Below are positions 63,065 through 64,000 of a stretch of 64,000 bases of DNA, in pieces (position 1 is the first letter of the stretch; each line of letters opens with the position of its first letter). The position numbers and the translations under genes were made by a program. Under the pieces are notes generated by a model. That model saw only the letters and a list, made by a program, of their open reading frames with translations, was not told the DNA's origin and made no database searches. Source of the DNA: an uncultured cyanobacterium (GTDB lineage Bacteria > Cyanobacteriota > Cyanobacteriia > Cyanobacteriales > CAWCAG01); NCBI GenBank assembly GCA_963793425.1, contig CAWCAG010000009.1:320001-384000 (forward strand), given 5' to 3'.

Positions 63065-63436
63065 ATGTTGCCTCAAGCTTATAGTCAAGCCTATCAGAAC
63101 TTATTGACAGCCTTAGAAGACCTTAAGCATATTACTGCTCCTGCTAACTTTGAATCTACCTCTGTGAAGAAAAGCTTTCAGAAGTTACAGAGGATTTATG
63201 AAACGGAAATTCTGATTTTAAACAAAGAAGCATTGGTAGGAGCGATTCCACCTCGTTGGCAAGCCATACAAACAGAAATCCATCGAGCCTTTAAGCTCAT
63301 GTCCATGGATATGATGTTTCTCGCCTCTGCCAAAAAAGCAACAACTTCCCAATCAAGATTAACGAACCTAAGCGATCGCCTCTCTCAACTTATTGGTTAT
63401 TGTCAAATTTTGCTTGGCGACGAAGAGCAAGTTTAA
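63065..63436 (+). CDS. patD: PatD-like protein
   Basis: MLPQAY..., W..IQTEIHR..KL...DMMFLASA, LIGYCQ; divergent from relA/spoT. Confidence 0.8.
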   Translation: MLPQAYSQAYQNLLTALEDLKHITAPANFESTSVKKSFQKLQRIYETEILILNKEALVGAIPPRWQAIQTEIHRAFKLMSMDMMFLASAKKATTSQSRLTNLSDRLSQLIGYCQILLGDEEQV

Positions 63437-63499
63437 TCTTTTTGGAATCGCATTCTTTAAAGCATGGCGATCGCAAAGTATGGAAACGGCAAGGCGATC

Positions 63500-63625
63500 G
63501 CATATTCTTGGGTTGATATTTTAATACAGCAGCTTTGAGACGAGGCGATAGATTCTCATCAATTAGGAAACGGACTTTCATTAAGAGTTTAGACTTTCCT
63601 TTGCTCTTTTTTCTTTTATTGATAC
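63500..63625 (-). pseudogene. Truncated DUF5615 PIN-like toxin plus the tail of an upstream antitoxin
   Basis: MKVRFLIDENLSPRL...P breaks off at a HIP1 cluster; upstream remnant ends IKEKRAKESLNS* overlapping the start (TAATG). Confidence 0.6.
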
Positions 63626-63671
63626 TGCGTACATAACTTAAGCTAGCGGAGAAAGATATACAGGTACAATT

Positions 63672-64000
63672 TTGCTAGGTACTACCCTTAACACTTTGGG
63701 GGTAGTTTGCCAAAGGTTAGGCAAATATGAAAATGCGCTCACCTACTATCAACAAGCCTTAGCTATCAGTAAGGAACTAGGTAATCGTTCTGGTGAAGGT
63801 ACTACTCTTAGTAATTTGGGGCTAGTTTACCAAAGCACAGGAAAATATGAGGAGGCGCTCACCTACTATCAACATACCGATAAGTTAGTGGATGAGGCAT
63901 TTAACAAAGACACCTTTGAAGACAATATGGATACCTACACCGTGGTTCACTTCGCCACCCATGCGGCACTAGTTCCCGGTAAACCAGAAGAATCCTTTAT
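63672..64000 (+). pseudogene. TPR-CHAT protease fragment (internally deleted; runs off the window)
   Basis: Manual translation: ~1.7 TPRs (GTTLSNLGLVYQSTGKYEEALTYYQ) joined in frame to mid-CHAT VVHFATHA.LVPGKPEESF. Confidence 0.7.

Overview
This is a 64 kb chromosomal segment of a cyanobacterium. Evidence: about 30 HIP1 GCGATCGC octamers counted by eye, heptamer/octamer short tandem repeats, and crtH, cruP-like, HCP/CTDH, patD and hetZ-like genes. Most of the window is housekeeping and signalling genes (crtH, GH13, tldE/tldD, comM, dusA, mtnA, eno, intein-containing dnaB, relA/spoT, several two-component proteins). Accessory content: (1) a non-autonomous IS200/IS605 tnpB element with a 51-nt structured insertion in its omega-RNA region; (2) a ~20.7-30 kb NLR/NACHT island in which a Bell-like effector and the next NACHT gene share a duplicated N/Q/G-rich amyloid-like motif, plus two intact NACHT genes, toxin-antitoxin (TA) remnants and an Lhr-like helicase; (3) a stand-alone UG/Abi-type reverse transcriptase with a WVDD motif between mtnA and eno; (4) a MerR-like plus vWA-macrodomain pair; (5) an ATP-grasp/7TM-transglutaminase/aspartyl-protease operon; (6) several families of very small dispersed repeats. 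No rRNA, tRNA or CRISPR array was seen. All family assignments come from motif recognition by eye, not from database searches.
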